DNA of 20,000 bases from Asterionella formosa (taxonomy: Eukaryota), in the NCBI GenBank assembly GCA_002256025.1, contig NKIB01013009.1, positions 45,860 to 65,859 on the forward strand. The letters are read 5' to 3'. Below, in pieces: positions 9,831 to 19,291 of this stretch. How positions within the stretch are numbered: position 1 is the first letter of the stretch; each line of letters begins with the position of its first letter. The position numbers and the translations under genes were made by a program. Below the pieces are notes generated by a model, which ran no database searches, had not been told where the DNA came from, and saw nothing but the letters and a program-made list of their open reading frames with translations.

Positions 9831-12158
9831 AAAGTCCTTGTTTCTTCCTTTCGTTAACAAAGTCTGATCAATCAAATTGGTCAACAAAGTAGTGAAGCCA
9901 ACAAATATAACCCAAAACTGCTAGGTTTCTTGCAAAATCACATGTCTTTGCTTGTCTTGCGAGGTACCTATAACAAGGGACGATTTAGTTGTTTTTATTA
10001 GTTCACCCTTTCATGTTTTACCTTGTTCCAACTTACACCTACTACTACCCTTGCGTTCCTTCCAGACAAAATCATGATATTTCTTCATCATGATATGAAT
10101 CATCATCCATGTCAAAATCGTCATGAATGACATGGCTGGAAATGGAGGAAGTACTTACTACAGACCCATGATTGTTACATTTTGAAGGCTGTTCAAATTG
10201 CGTTGTTGGAAGTGGATCAATCATGGGTGCAAAGGAGAATGTTAACATAGGTTTGTGTCTTCGTCTTCCGCAGTGGTGAAATTGGTGGATGATCCATCGG
10301 AAATGAATGCCGAAAGCGGTGCTCCGGATTGAGTGCACTCCTAGTCGGTTGAACTGATGACTGGTTGTAACGACACACTTTGTGCTGGCTGGTTCTTGGT
10401 CCCACTGCTCCATGTTGTAGCCGCCATTTTTGGAAGGAAGAGTGGCTGGTTGTTGGAAGTAGCCAATGTTGATGACTGTTCACTGAAATATGATGATGCT
10501 TAGGGGAATGGCTTAATTGGTTAGCACACCTCATGAGGTGGCAGTTTCGATTCTTGCATTCTCCATCACCCCATCCCTAGGGGTCCAGGGAGTGACAAGG
10601 CTGACAAAGAGACAGATCCCGTTGTACTGTATGGAAAAATAAAACCGGTACTAATTGTTTCCATTCAAGTGGGCACATGTGCAATTATTGTATAGCTTTA
10701 ACATACTATAAAAAATTTATTAACTTTATATTTTAAATCATCCATGTCATACTATATCACCATCACCACACACACCGGACCAGCACAACACAACAGCTCA
10801 GGAAACAGCAATGATAGCCCGCCCTCAAGCTAAATTATGATTGGCTATGCAAATAGCACATCACGTTTTAACAGCAAATTTGAGATTCAAATATCGATTT
10901 TGCTGATAAAAAAATTTGCCTTTTTTCCATGTAATTATCAGAAAAAAGATACTCAGATACTTTTTGACATCATATCCCCAGGTTTACTTATCAGCACGTG
11001 TTTTCATCAGAAATATTATATTTTATCAGCCCTTCAAGGTTAGCTAAGGTAATGCGTAATGAACCTGAACCTCACTCCAGTGGATGTTGCAAAGACGATG
11101 CTTGAGGATGCACAATTCACGTCATCATCCATAGCGGCATATACCGTACAGCTATCGTCAGCCACTGATGTATTCAGGAGTGGTAAATATCATTTTTATA
11201 TATTCATATATTAATAATATTATGCTCCGATGACATGGTTACAGTACCCTAGTACCAGGTACGGGTAGTCTATGTACTATAACGAACGGTAAATAGCTAT
11301 ACCAGGTCAAGGACCAGGTACCTGGTACCAGTTACCAGTAAAAAACTGCCATGACCCATTGAGAATATTTTTGAACTGCCGTGACCCATTGAACGCAGAA
11401 TAACACGTTTTGCAATCAAAACTTAAATAAATATAGATTTTGAGAGTTCTGGCTCCTTCCCGAGCATATAGGCTAGTCAGCCATGTAATTAGTTTGAGAT
11501 TTGGAGCAAGTTGTTCATCTCGATAGATTGCCTGAAATGGTCGATCGACCGAAAAACCATGAAGAACACGGATTAGGGTAAGTTTAAAAGTCACCGCATC
11601 ATATGATATACGACGATCTATATAATGATTTGAACCTTCACCTCATTTGCGACAATAAAGTATATCTTGTCTTGGTATTGACTTCTACGGAGAGATGGCA
11701 AATTATTTAGGCGCACGGCATCATCATGCAAATGCGTTATGTATGATTACGGGTATAACAGGTAGGGAGTACATACCAGGTTTTCATTGCACCTTTCTAA
11801 TAACACGCATGACAAGTGCTTTAACACATGACCTAATCCGTCCTCGAAAATGTATATAAATTTATATACGTTTATCCAGAAAAAAGTATATACTGCCGTG
11901 ACCCAGAAATCGTTAAATCAGAATTCTAACATGACAGCTTGATTGATCGATGCTGCTCTGACACTGGGCGCGCTCTGATAATAAAAAATTATTATATCAT
12001 GTGTGTATTATAACACAAATTATTCTGGTGATCTGCTACATAATATCGTCCGTGCGCTCTGATAATAGAGATATTTTAGATTACTTCTCTGACATAATAT
12101 ATATATTTTTAACTTTAATTTTCAACAGTTAAATTTTCATATCAATGCATCCTCTTGT

Positions 12159-12859
12159 ATGCTATGCCGCCTCTTGTTCATTATATGCATGAGTTCTATA
12201 TATTCATCATCGTCGGTCACTGACCATGTCGACTTTCATCTCATCTCATCTCCTGATGATGATGATGATGATGACATTATGATCACATTGCTACTGTTAA
12301 CAATGTGCTATCCACCAGTAAATAGGACACCATCGTTCAGGGAAAGTTTGACTGTTGATGAGGTCAGAAGAAGAAGTGGCAAAATCCGATGCCACGCACT
12401 ACAGCATCCATTATCGAGTCCATTCTGGACTTGTTCAACAGCAAGCATGATGATGCTCTGATTACCTTGTGTGGGTTTGACCATGCTTCTTTCGAGCTCC
12501 TACACCAGCTGTTCAAACCTTGTTTTTATTCCTTCACTCCCTGTAGGAAAAATACGGATTTCATTGTTAGAAATTCAACAACAAAGAAAGGTCGGCAAAG
12601 ATACCTCTGTTCCATCAGTTGTCTAGCGCTTGGGTTAGCATGGACCAGGACTCATGGTTCCTATATGATTCTTCAGATTATTTTCGGATTAACTCATGGT
12701 TCTTTGAGTGTTTGGTTGAGGTTTTCAAAGCGAATGATTGTAAAAGTACTGCTGACACATGAAGATGCCGTTGTGAGACTGTCTAGTACTGCAGACGAAG
12801 ACACCTTGTTTGCAACCATGATCAATCAGAAATACCCACTTCCAGAAACACCAATCTGA
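12159..12859 (+). pseudogene. N-terminal half of a stramenopile-type Harbinger-like transposase, frameshifted at about 12429 and truncated before the catalytic DDE domain
   Basis: ORFs 12159-12461 and 12389-12859 join as ...RRRSGKI..AL.HP.SSPFW / LFNS..DDALITLCGFDHASF..L...F...KGRQRYL...LALGLAWTRT.GS...LQIIFGLT...LSVWLRF...KYPL. The reading frame ends just before the expected first catalytic D-G motif. Confidence 0.75.
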
Positions 12860-13074
12860 GAAACACCTGGGACAACTATCCTACTGTCCTCATAGTCACT
12901 GACAAACTCATCAGCACCAGTGTCATCTTCATTCTCGTCGTCGTCCTCCTCCTCTTCTTCTGGTTGAGTCTGTTGTTGTTCTTGTTGCTGGTGACGGCGA
13001 CGTTCAAGCAGCCTTGAAGAGGAAGGGAAGCCCTTCCTGGCTGCTCTCCTTTGACTAGAAGAAGATGAAGACAT
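12826..13074 (-). pseudogene. Probable 5' remnant of the element's second, convergent ORF (Ser/Gln/acidic low-complexity N-terminus)
   Basis: The ATG is about 300 bp inside the right TIR. MSSSSSSQRR...QQQEQQQ...EEEEEDDDENEDD looks protein-like and runs into the truncated transposase end. Harbinger elements typically encode a second ORF. Confidence 0.5.
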
Positions 13075-13989
13075 GGCCGAAATCTAAAAGCGATGATGAT
13101 CGATTTATTGAGGAGGTTGATTGATATGTAATGATATGCATACCTATTTTGGCAAGAGCAAGCCATTTTGAGTATGAGCAAGCAAGTCTTAAAATATTCC
13201 TGGAAATTCTATATAGTCATTCATGTCTATACATCTTTTTATATAATGCACTGTTATTTATAACTGTAAAAAATTTGTGTTTGTGTTTGTGTTGACCCAA
13301 ATTTTGGGGTTATGGGTACAACGATTTGTGTTATGATACACATGATATAATAATTTTTTATTATCAGAGCGCGCCCACTATCGAACAAACGGATCCGCAA
13401 TTCGGTAGAATTTACCATTAGTCGGAGGAGTCAAACAAACACCCTAACTCAATGGGTCATGGCAGCTTTTTACTGGTACCTGGTACCAGGTACCAGATAC
13501 CATCGACGGCTTCGTCTCCTCGTCATGCATACCTGTCCCCGTGCGATACGATAAGTATTGTTGCAAAACGATGAGAGAACGTGAGAGATCTTCAGTTGAG
13601 TGTTTCCTTTCTTCTGTTGAGGAAGGTCACCTTGACGATCAATAGCTTCGCTTTGTCGTGCACCACGGTACGTCAATTGAACAGCAAAGAATGAGAGGCG
13701 GTAACTTTGCGTTAACTTCTACCATTGATCGTCCGTTCTGCACACACTGGCATTAATTATTGCTCCGTGGTCACATCATTTTATCGTGTTTCGACGCGGA
13801 TTGATTGTGTTTGCATGCAGGATGTCTTCCAAGCAGCTTTATATCTTGCCTTCGAAACAGGCAGCGAATGCTTCAGTTTTCGGTCGACCATTGTTCCATA
13901 CAACTGCTTCCTTACTGACCCCACTGATGCAATTTTTAGAACTCAGCAATATTATTTTCAGCTTGTAGTGAAAATTCTGAGACGAGCGC

Positions 13990-16900
13990 ATGTCGACTCT
14001 TGCTATCAACGACCCTGTGCATGTCGAACGAGAGTCTCAAAAGCTCGAAGGCGTCATTGCCTACGTCGGCCCGGTCCAATTTTCTGACGGCGACGATTGG
14101 GTCGGCGTCAGATTGACAGGTGCTTTCATCGGGTTGGGCAAAAACGATGGCAGTGTCAAGGGGGAGCGATACTTTCATTGTGGTCCCAACAATGGAGTGT
14201 TTGTACGCATGTCACACGTTTCCGCTAGGACTTTGACGAGGCTGGAAGAACTGCGTTTGAAACGAGAATTGGCCAAGGCCAATGCTGATATCGCGACGGC
14301 AACTGCAAATGCTGCTACCACACCCTCGGAGAACAAGCCTCTATCCTCACCAATGAAGAGTATCGATCCTGTCAAGAGTGCAATATCATCTCCAGCTCTT
14401 CCACCTTCCGCTGGTAAGAGTACTACGTTGGCGCCTACGACAACAACCAAAAAATCTAAACTGGAAGAAATGCGCGAACGCCGAGCTGCCTTGGAAAATG
14501 CGAGGCTTGTTCACAGTCAGTCATTGTCTGCCGCACCGTCTCAGAATAATTCTCCTGGTATAGTAGAAGTAGGAGAGGTTGGAGACGACCTTAAAGATGG
14601 CTTGATTTCATCGCTCCGAGACCAATTGAAGGACATGCAGCAACAATGGGCAGGTACTGTGGAGAAATTGAAGATAAAGGAACAGGAAAATGCATCGCTC
14701 CAAGAGTCATTGTCGAAGTCCGAACAAGAGGTACACGATGCGAACACCAAAGCCGAAGAAGCCCAGTCAGTCGCAGCGCCAACTATGACGCTTGAATTGA
14801 CAGATATAGCACTCGATGAAGCTCTTGCCCAAGCGAAAGATGAGCTGCATCAAGTCAAGCAAGAATGCAAGTCACAATTAGATAATTTGGAGCAGCTCAA
14901 GATGGAACTATATTCTACCAAAATAGACCTGGAAAAGGAACGGGAAGGCCGAGCTGCTGATGTTGAGGATTTGACCAAAACAAAATCGGAACTGTCTGCC
15001 CTCCAACACGAAGTCCAAGCTATGTCGGATCAAGTCAATGTGCGGTCCACCTCGGATGCCATGCATTACAAGGAGCGGGCAAAACTTCAAGCAGAACTAT
15101 GCGCTATGAAGCGGACAATTGAAGCATTGGAGACTGAAAAGGTTCAGATGGAAAGCAACATTGAAGATCTGACTCTTGACAAGGAGCAACTTCAAGAAGA
15201 AAACGAAACCCTACAAGATCGGTTAGATGAAATTAAAATTGACGCTGAAACTGCACAAATGGAAGTGGAAGAATTGAGAACGGAATTAGAGGATGCCAAG
15301 CGTCAAAAAGAAAGTCCCGTTGGCGAACTTCAAATGGAAGTGTCGTCGGAAGCCGACGATGCCTTGCACTCGTTGTCTGTTCAGAATGGACGACTTCGTG
15401 AAGCATTGATTCGACTACGCGAACAGTCGTTGATAGAGAAAGTGGCTATGAGCAAGGAATTGAGAGCTGCTGAAAAGGCCGCATTGGAAGGCAACGCTTT
15501 GTTTACTGAAGTCGAAACCCTGCGATCGTCGACCAAAGTGCTACACGATCAAATTTCTGACCTCAAAGATATGGTTGAGGAGGGAAGTGCGTTTGAGAGC
15601 ATGGTTGAAGATTTGTCAGATCGTGTCATGGCCTTGGAAGACGAGAATGTAGCTTTGCAGTCCACTATTCGTGAAATGGAGGAAGCAAGCGACATCGCTG
15701 GTGAAATGGAGGAAGTTCAGGCTGAAGAACTTAAAGCATTGATGCGTGATGTTGATGGTAGAGATGCCATCATTAGAAATTTGGAAGAAGCTATTAAAAT
15801 GCAACGTCGTCGGGAAGAAGATTTTCAACGGACGGTCGGAAATTACCGCCATACTGTGGCTACGTTGAAGCAGGAAAAGGAACAGCTCCTTGCCTTGCAG
15901 CGTGGGGGCGAAGGTGAAAAGAGTGATTTGTTAGCTGCCTCGCAAAAAGCCCTTTCTCGTGCTGCTCATCTGGTGTCTGACGCTGCCAATTCTAGAAAGC
16001 GAGATGCGGAAGCTGCCTTCGTCCAAATTGAATGCCGGATACAACATCACCTTGCCGAGCGGCTAGAATCATTCTTGCCACAAAGTATTGCTGGCCCTGA
16101 GCTTGCCGCAGTTCGCGGAGAGCTGCTTGTAAGCTCCATAGTCGATAAGGCTTCCAAGGCCTTAGATGACATGGGGTCAATCTTTTCGCAGACTATTCGT
16201 GCTGGGATCAGTGAAACTTTCTCTGAGTCTGGTGAGAATGGCGACGCTCTGTCCTTTGCTCTTTCTGAGGATGCGGTACAGGGAATTGATAGCATGTTGC
16301 ACCAGTCCGAGTATGCCATTCATACCATTAATTTATCATCTGATTTGATTCGATTGCTTGCCGCAGGTCAATGGCCCGATGTTCTCACGACAGAAGAATC
16401 GACCGAGCTTGGCGCGATTCTCGGTCACTCGTTATTGGAGATCGAGACCGCTATGAGTAGCATGCTGAAGGGTCTCAAGGAAGAAGGAGTGCTGTCGCCG
16501 CATAGATCAAATCTTGGTGCTTTCCAGCAGAACATACAGACTACAATACAGGTTTTGAACTCCTCCATTGAACGTGACGGAAATGCTTTGATTTCCCCTG
16601 TTTGGAATCCTCCAGCCTTGGAACTCTTTAAGGCGCTGACTACTGCGAAATTCTTATGTCTTGGCGCGGGATCTGTTGTCGCTTCTGCTGTCTGTCCTAA
16701 AGACTCGACAGTGTCATCGGGTTCATCAGTGCTCGCCTCCACTAACAGCAAATTAGCTCTAAAGGCGGTGATGGTAAAACTTGACCAGATTTCAGGAGAA
16801 GCATGTAAGATTGGACCTCGTCTTGCTCGATTGGATGTCATGAATGAAAGGACTGTGAAGGAGATTGAGCAGGTAGCAGACGAATGGAAGACCGCCTCGC

Positions 16901-18123
16901 TGCAGCTGATGACAACCATCAAGGCATTGTTTGCCCCGAGGTCCGAATTCCAGCTCTCCGCAGTTGTTGTATGCGAAGCTGCCTCTGATGTGGTGATAAA
17001 GGCTATGAATCAATTATCATCGTCACTTCGTGCGGCGGACTTGAACGCAGAAGACGACGCGCTATTCCATCCTTTTGCCGCTGAAGCCAAAGATCCTTGG
17101 AATGGCATCACAAGCCTTGCTCAAACTGTCCGAGCTATAGATGGAGATCGTGACGATATTAACTTTATTGTCCGTGCTCAAACAATTGAACAACGAGTTG
17201 TTGAAGCCATTGAAAATGAGCCCAAGTTAGACATTGCCACCAGCAAGATTGCTAGTCTCGAAAAGAGCTTGTCACTTCGATCGAAGGAGGTTGCCATGCA
17301 GAATGCTAAGCTCTCTGAACTGGAAAAGGTACTTACAAAATCAAGTGTCCCGACACCGCAGGTAGCTCAAAAATCTATCGACATTTCTTCGGTTGCGGAA
17401 ATTAATGGCCTCCAAGAGGAGAATAGAGTGCTTACCGAGGCCATGGACGTTCTTCAGCAGCAAGTCGATGAGTACGAAAATGAGATCCGTGCTATCAAAG
17501 ACCCCAAATCTCCGAAGCCTAGAGGGGTAAACGCTTCGAGGAAAGCAGCTGGATTGTTTTCCACTAGCCGATCGGCGCGAGGCTTTGATGATACTTCTGG
17601 TGTAGCTGAGACGTCACAAGCTGCTGTTGCCGCAATAGAGGCTGCCTTTTATCGACCCGCGCTAATGTCAGCCAGACGTGAAGCAAGCAGCTGGAAGGCA
17701 ATGGCTATGTCGTCCATCATTTCGGACCTTCCACCACTAAATGTTCCAAGTGTATCATTCCCGTTTGGAGAGTCCAAAGAAGCAGAAGCAGACGGCAGTC
17801 CGCTGGCTGCATTGGAGGCAGCCAGATCAGGACTTCGAAATGCTAAGGCAGCTTCAACTATTGTTGACTTGACCAAACCCTCTCCACGAGCACAATATTT
17901 TGACACAATGAGCAGAGTCGCGTTTGCTGAAGAGAGGCTTAAACAAGCAACCGCAGCTGCCGATCAGTGGATGTCAAACTTTGGAGGCTCCTCTAATTCT
18001 CACGAGGCAGGCTTGCTTCTTGGGCGTGTGAAGCTACCTGGTCTTCCCGAATCTGCCACGACAATATCTGTTTCAGTCAACAGGGAAGATATGAATCGTC
18101 TACATATGATCATGCTTCAATAA
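13990..18123 (+). CDS. DCTN1: Dynactin subunit 1 (p150Glued), intronless, 1377 aa
   Basis: N-terminal CAP-Gly domain (GVIAYVG...WVGV.L....GKNDGSVKGERYF.C....GVFVR), an S/T/P/K-rich linker and a long coiled coil with p150 motifs LTLDKE..E and QNGRLREALIRLRE. A helical central domain and second coiled coil follow. Confidence 0.93.
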   Translation: MSTLAINDPVHVERESQKLEGVIAYVGPVQFSDGDDWVGVRLTGAFIGLGKNDGSVKGERYFHCGPNNGVFVRMSHVSARTLTRLEELRLKRELAKANADIATATANAATTPSENKPLSSPMKSIDPVKSAISSPALPPSAGKSTTLAPTTTTKKSKLEEMRERRAALENARLVHSQSLSAAPSQNNSPGIVEVGEVGDDLKDGLISSLRDQLKDMQQQWAGTVEKLKIKEQENASLQESLSKSEQEVHDANTKAEEAQSVAAPTMTLELTDIALDEALAQAKDELHQVKQECKSQLDNLEQLKMELYSTKIDLEKEREGRAADVEDLTKTKSELSALQHEVQAMSDQVNVRSTSDAMHYKERAKLQAELCAMKRTIEALETEKVQMESNIEDLTLDKEQLQEENETLQDRLDEIKIDAETAQMEVEELRTELEDAKRQKESPVGELQMEVSSEADDALHSLSVQNGRLREALIRLREQSLIEKVAMSKELRAAEKAALEGNALFTEVETLRSSTKVLHDQISDLKDMVEEGSAFESMVEDLSDRVMALEDENVALQSTIREMEEASDIAGEMEEVQAEELKALMRDVDGRDAIIRNLEEAIKMQRRREEDFQRTVGNYRHTVATLKQEKEQLLALQRGGEGEKSDLLAASQKALSRAAHLVSDAANSRKRDAEAAFVQIECRIQHHLAERLESFLPQSIAGPELAAVRGELLVSSIVDKASKALDDMGSIFSQTIRAGISETFSESGENGDALSFALSEDAVQGIDSMLHQSEYAIHTINLSSDLIRLLAAGQWPDVLTTEESTELGAILGHSLLEIETAMSSMLKGLKEEGVLSPHRSNLGAFQQNIQTTIQVLNSSIERDGNALISPVWNPPALELFKALTTAKFLCLGAGSVVASAVCPKDSTVSSGSSVLASTNSKLALKAVMVKLDQISGEACKIGPRLARLDVMNERTVKEIEQVADEWKTASLQLMTTIKALFAPRSEFQLSAVVVCEAASDVVIKAMNQLSSSLRAADLNAEDDALFHPFAAEAKDPWNGITSLAQTVRAIDGDRDDINFIVRAQTIEQRVVEAIENEPKLDIATSKIASLEKSLSLRSKEVAMQNAKLSELEKVLTKSSVPTPQVAQKSIDISSVAEINGLQEENRVLTEAMDVLQQQVDEYENEIRAIKDPKSPKPRGVNASRKAAGLFSTSRSARGFDDTSGVAETSQAAVAAIEAAFYRPALMSARREASSWKAMAMSSIISDLPPLNVPSVSFPFGESKEAEADGSPLAALEAARSGLRNAKAASTIVDLTKPSPRAQYFDTMSRVAFAEERLKQATAAADQWMSNFGGSSNSHEAGLLLGRVKLPGLPESATTISVSVNREDMNRLHMIMLQ

Positions 18124-18210
18124 ATAACTACTTGTAGAAATTTTTACGAAAGGATCTTCATTTTCACATCTAAGTTCAACAATTTTGCTTGTCGCCATTG
18201 GTGGCATCCA

Positions 18211-19133
18211 TCACGTGCCAAAAACTTTGTCGTAATCAGGAGCCTCTTCGGGTGGCCCAGCAACTGGATCAATTGTGTTGTTAATCGATGATTGTGCTCC
18301 TGACACCTGGATCGTCGTTTCTTCTACCGAAGTCGAAGCATCTGCGTTGACAGTAGTTTTTCGGATCAATCTAGTGCCGTCAGGCATGACAGTTTCAACG
18401 ATAGTCACGGTTCCAGGCGCTGGGAATGGTTGTCCAACGTCGTAATTGTACACTGGAAGACTTGGTCTAACAAACATAGCGCATAAACCAGAGCAAAAGA
18501 ACAAGATGCACGCTCCAGTTGTCATACCAGCTCCTATAGAGTACTCACAGTAATACGTGTAGCACAGATCAGTTGCAAGCCAGACAAAAGAAAGAGCACT
18601 AAAAACCCCACTGACAATGAGTGATAATCCCAATCCTTTGAAGAAAATTGGCTCATACGTTCGACAAGTGGTAGTGAAGGCCGCAATGGCGGCAATACTC
18701 GCGATGACAGTCGAGATAATGGCCATGGCAAAACCTGATTTCCAGGCGGCATCCCATAGGTTACTCTTTTCTGAATTACTGTACTCAACACAGTACAAAG
18801 AAGAAAAAGAGTCATCGTCAGCCCATGATTGCCATTCTTCGAGGGTTCCTTCACGAAGGAACATCCCAAAACCTACGGTGCCTTCCAGCAACCCAACTGT
18901 GTCGGGAGGGAGAGTAACGAGGACGAACTGGCAAAGGCTCCAGCCTACAACGGAGAACACAACTCCTGTGGAGCTAAAAAGAGCAATCAAAGTAAGCATC
19001 CAGAAATTACCATTGGGGTAATTACTGGATTTTGATAAATCGCGAATCACAATTCGAGTGTTGTGAGCTACAGCTGTATTTACATTTCTTTTTCATTCAA
19101 GCGTCAAATAACTTTTGCTTACCAACATGCCAT
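18211..19133 (-). CDS. Four-TM membrane protein (claudin/PMP22-like topology), about 274 aa; exons 19133-19123 and 19024-18211
   Basis: Four hydrophobic segments with Cys-containing loops and G.G.F in the first loop. The ORF track starts at GTG, but CAAAA-ATG-G at 19133 plus intron 19122-19025 (GTAAGC...TCCAG) gives in-frame MACC-NYPNG. Confidence 0.75.
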
Positions 19134-19291
19134 TTTTGATGACTTTTCTGTGAAAAGTGGAGGATAATACAACAAGTCCAGGATGAAGAACGGCGAGAGA
19201 TCCAAAAGTAAAATAAACGATGTTGTTAACCAAGGCAGATGATAAAGTATGAGAAGGCCCCAGGCAAGACTTCACTTCCCAGTACCTGGTA

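Larger units (their letters stand above)
11966..13376 (+). mobile_element. Harbinger-superfamily element, 1411-bp internal-deletion derivative, nested in the MITE
   Basis: TIRs at 11966-12020 and 13324-13376 start GGGCGCGCTCTGATAATAAAAAATT. The first 39 bp are identical, followed by a 2-bp indel and one mismatch. A 3-bp direct repeat ACT lies at 11963-65 and 13377-79. Subterminal GCGCTCTGATAATA at about 12054. Confidence 0.92.
11335..13476. mobile_element. Non-autonomous TA-flanked TIR element (MITE, Tc1/mariner/pogo-like), about 728 bp without its nested insert
   Basis: 29-bp TIRs at 11335-11363 (CCAGTAAAAAACTGCCATGACCCATTGAG) and 13448-13476, with one mismatch. TA lies directly outside both ends (11333-34, 13477-78). 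Subterminal copies of ACTGCCRTGACCCA at about 11375 and 11892. No convincing ORF. Confidence 0.85.

Noticed and set aside
11344..11392. 30-bp-period direct repeats (also 19301-19348) as a mini CRISPR array
   Set aside because: Only two units with ~11-12 bp spacers, no cas genes and a eukaryotic context. They are explained as TIR and subterminal repeats.
12255..12275. (GAT)n microsatellite
   Set aside because: A short run encoding the Asp tract in the transposase N-terminus; ordinary.
13441..13447. CCCTAA/TTAGGG telomere-like hexamers (also about 9610, 11574)
   Set aside because: Isolated single copies, not tandem arrays.
14175..17906. Many antisense or alternate-frame ORFs within DCTN1 and other genes
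   Set aside because: Shadow ORFs of long coding sequences with no independent evidence.
7349..19133. Functional cluster of the DHHC enzyme with the MACC membrane protein and dynactin
   Set aside because: Gene neighbourhood in a eukaryote is weak evidence, and nothing in the sequence links these genes.
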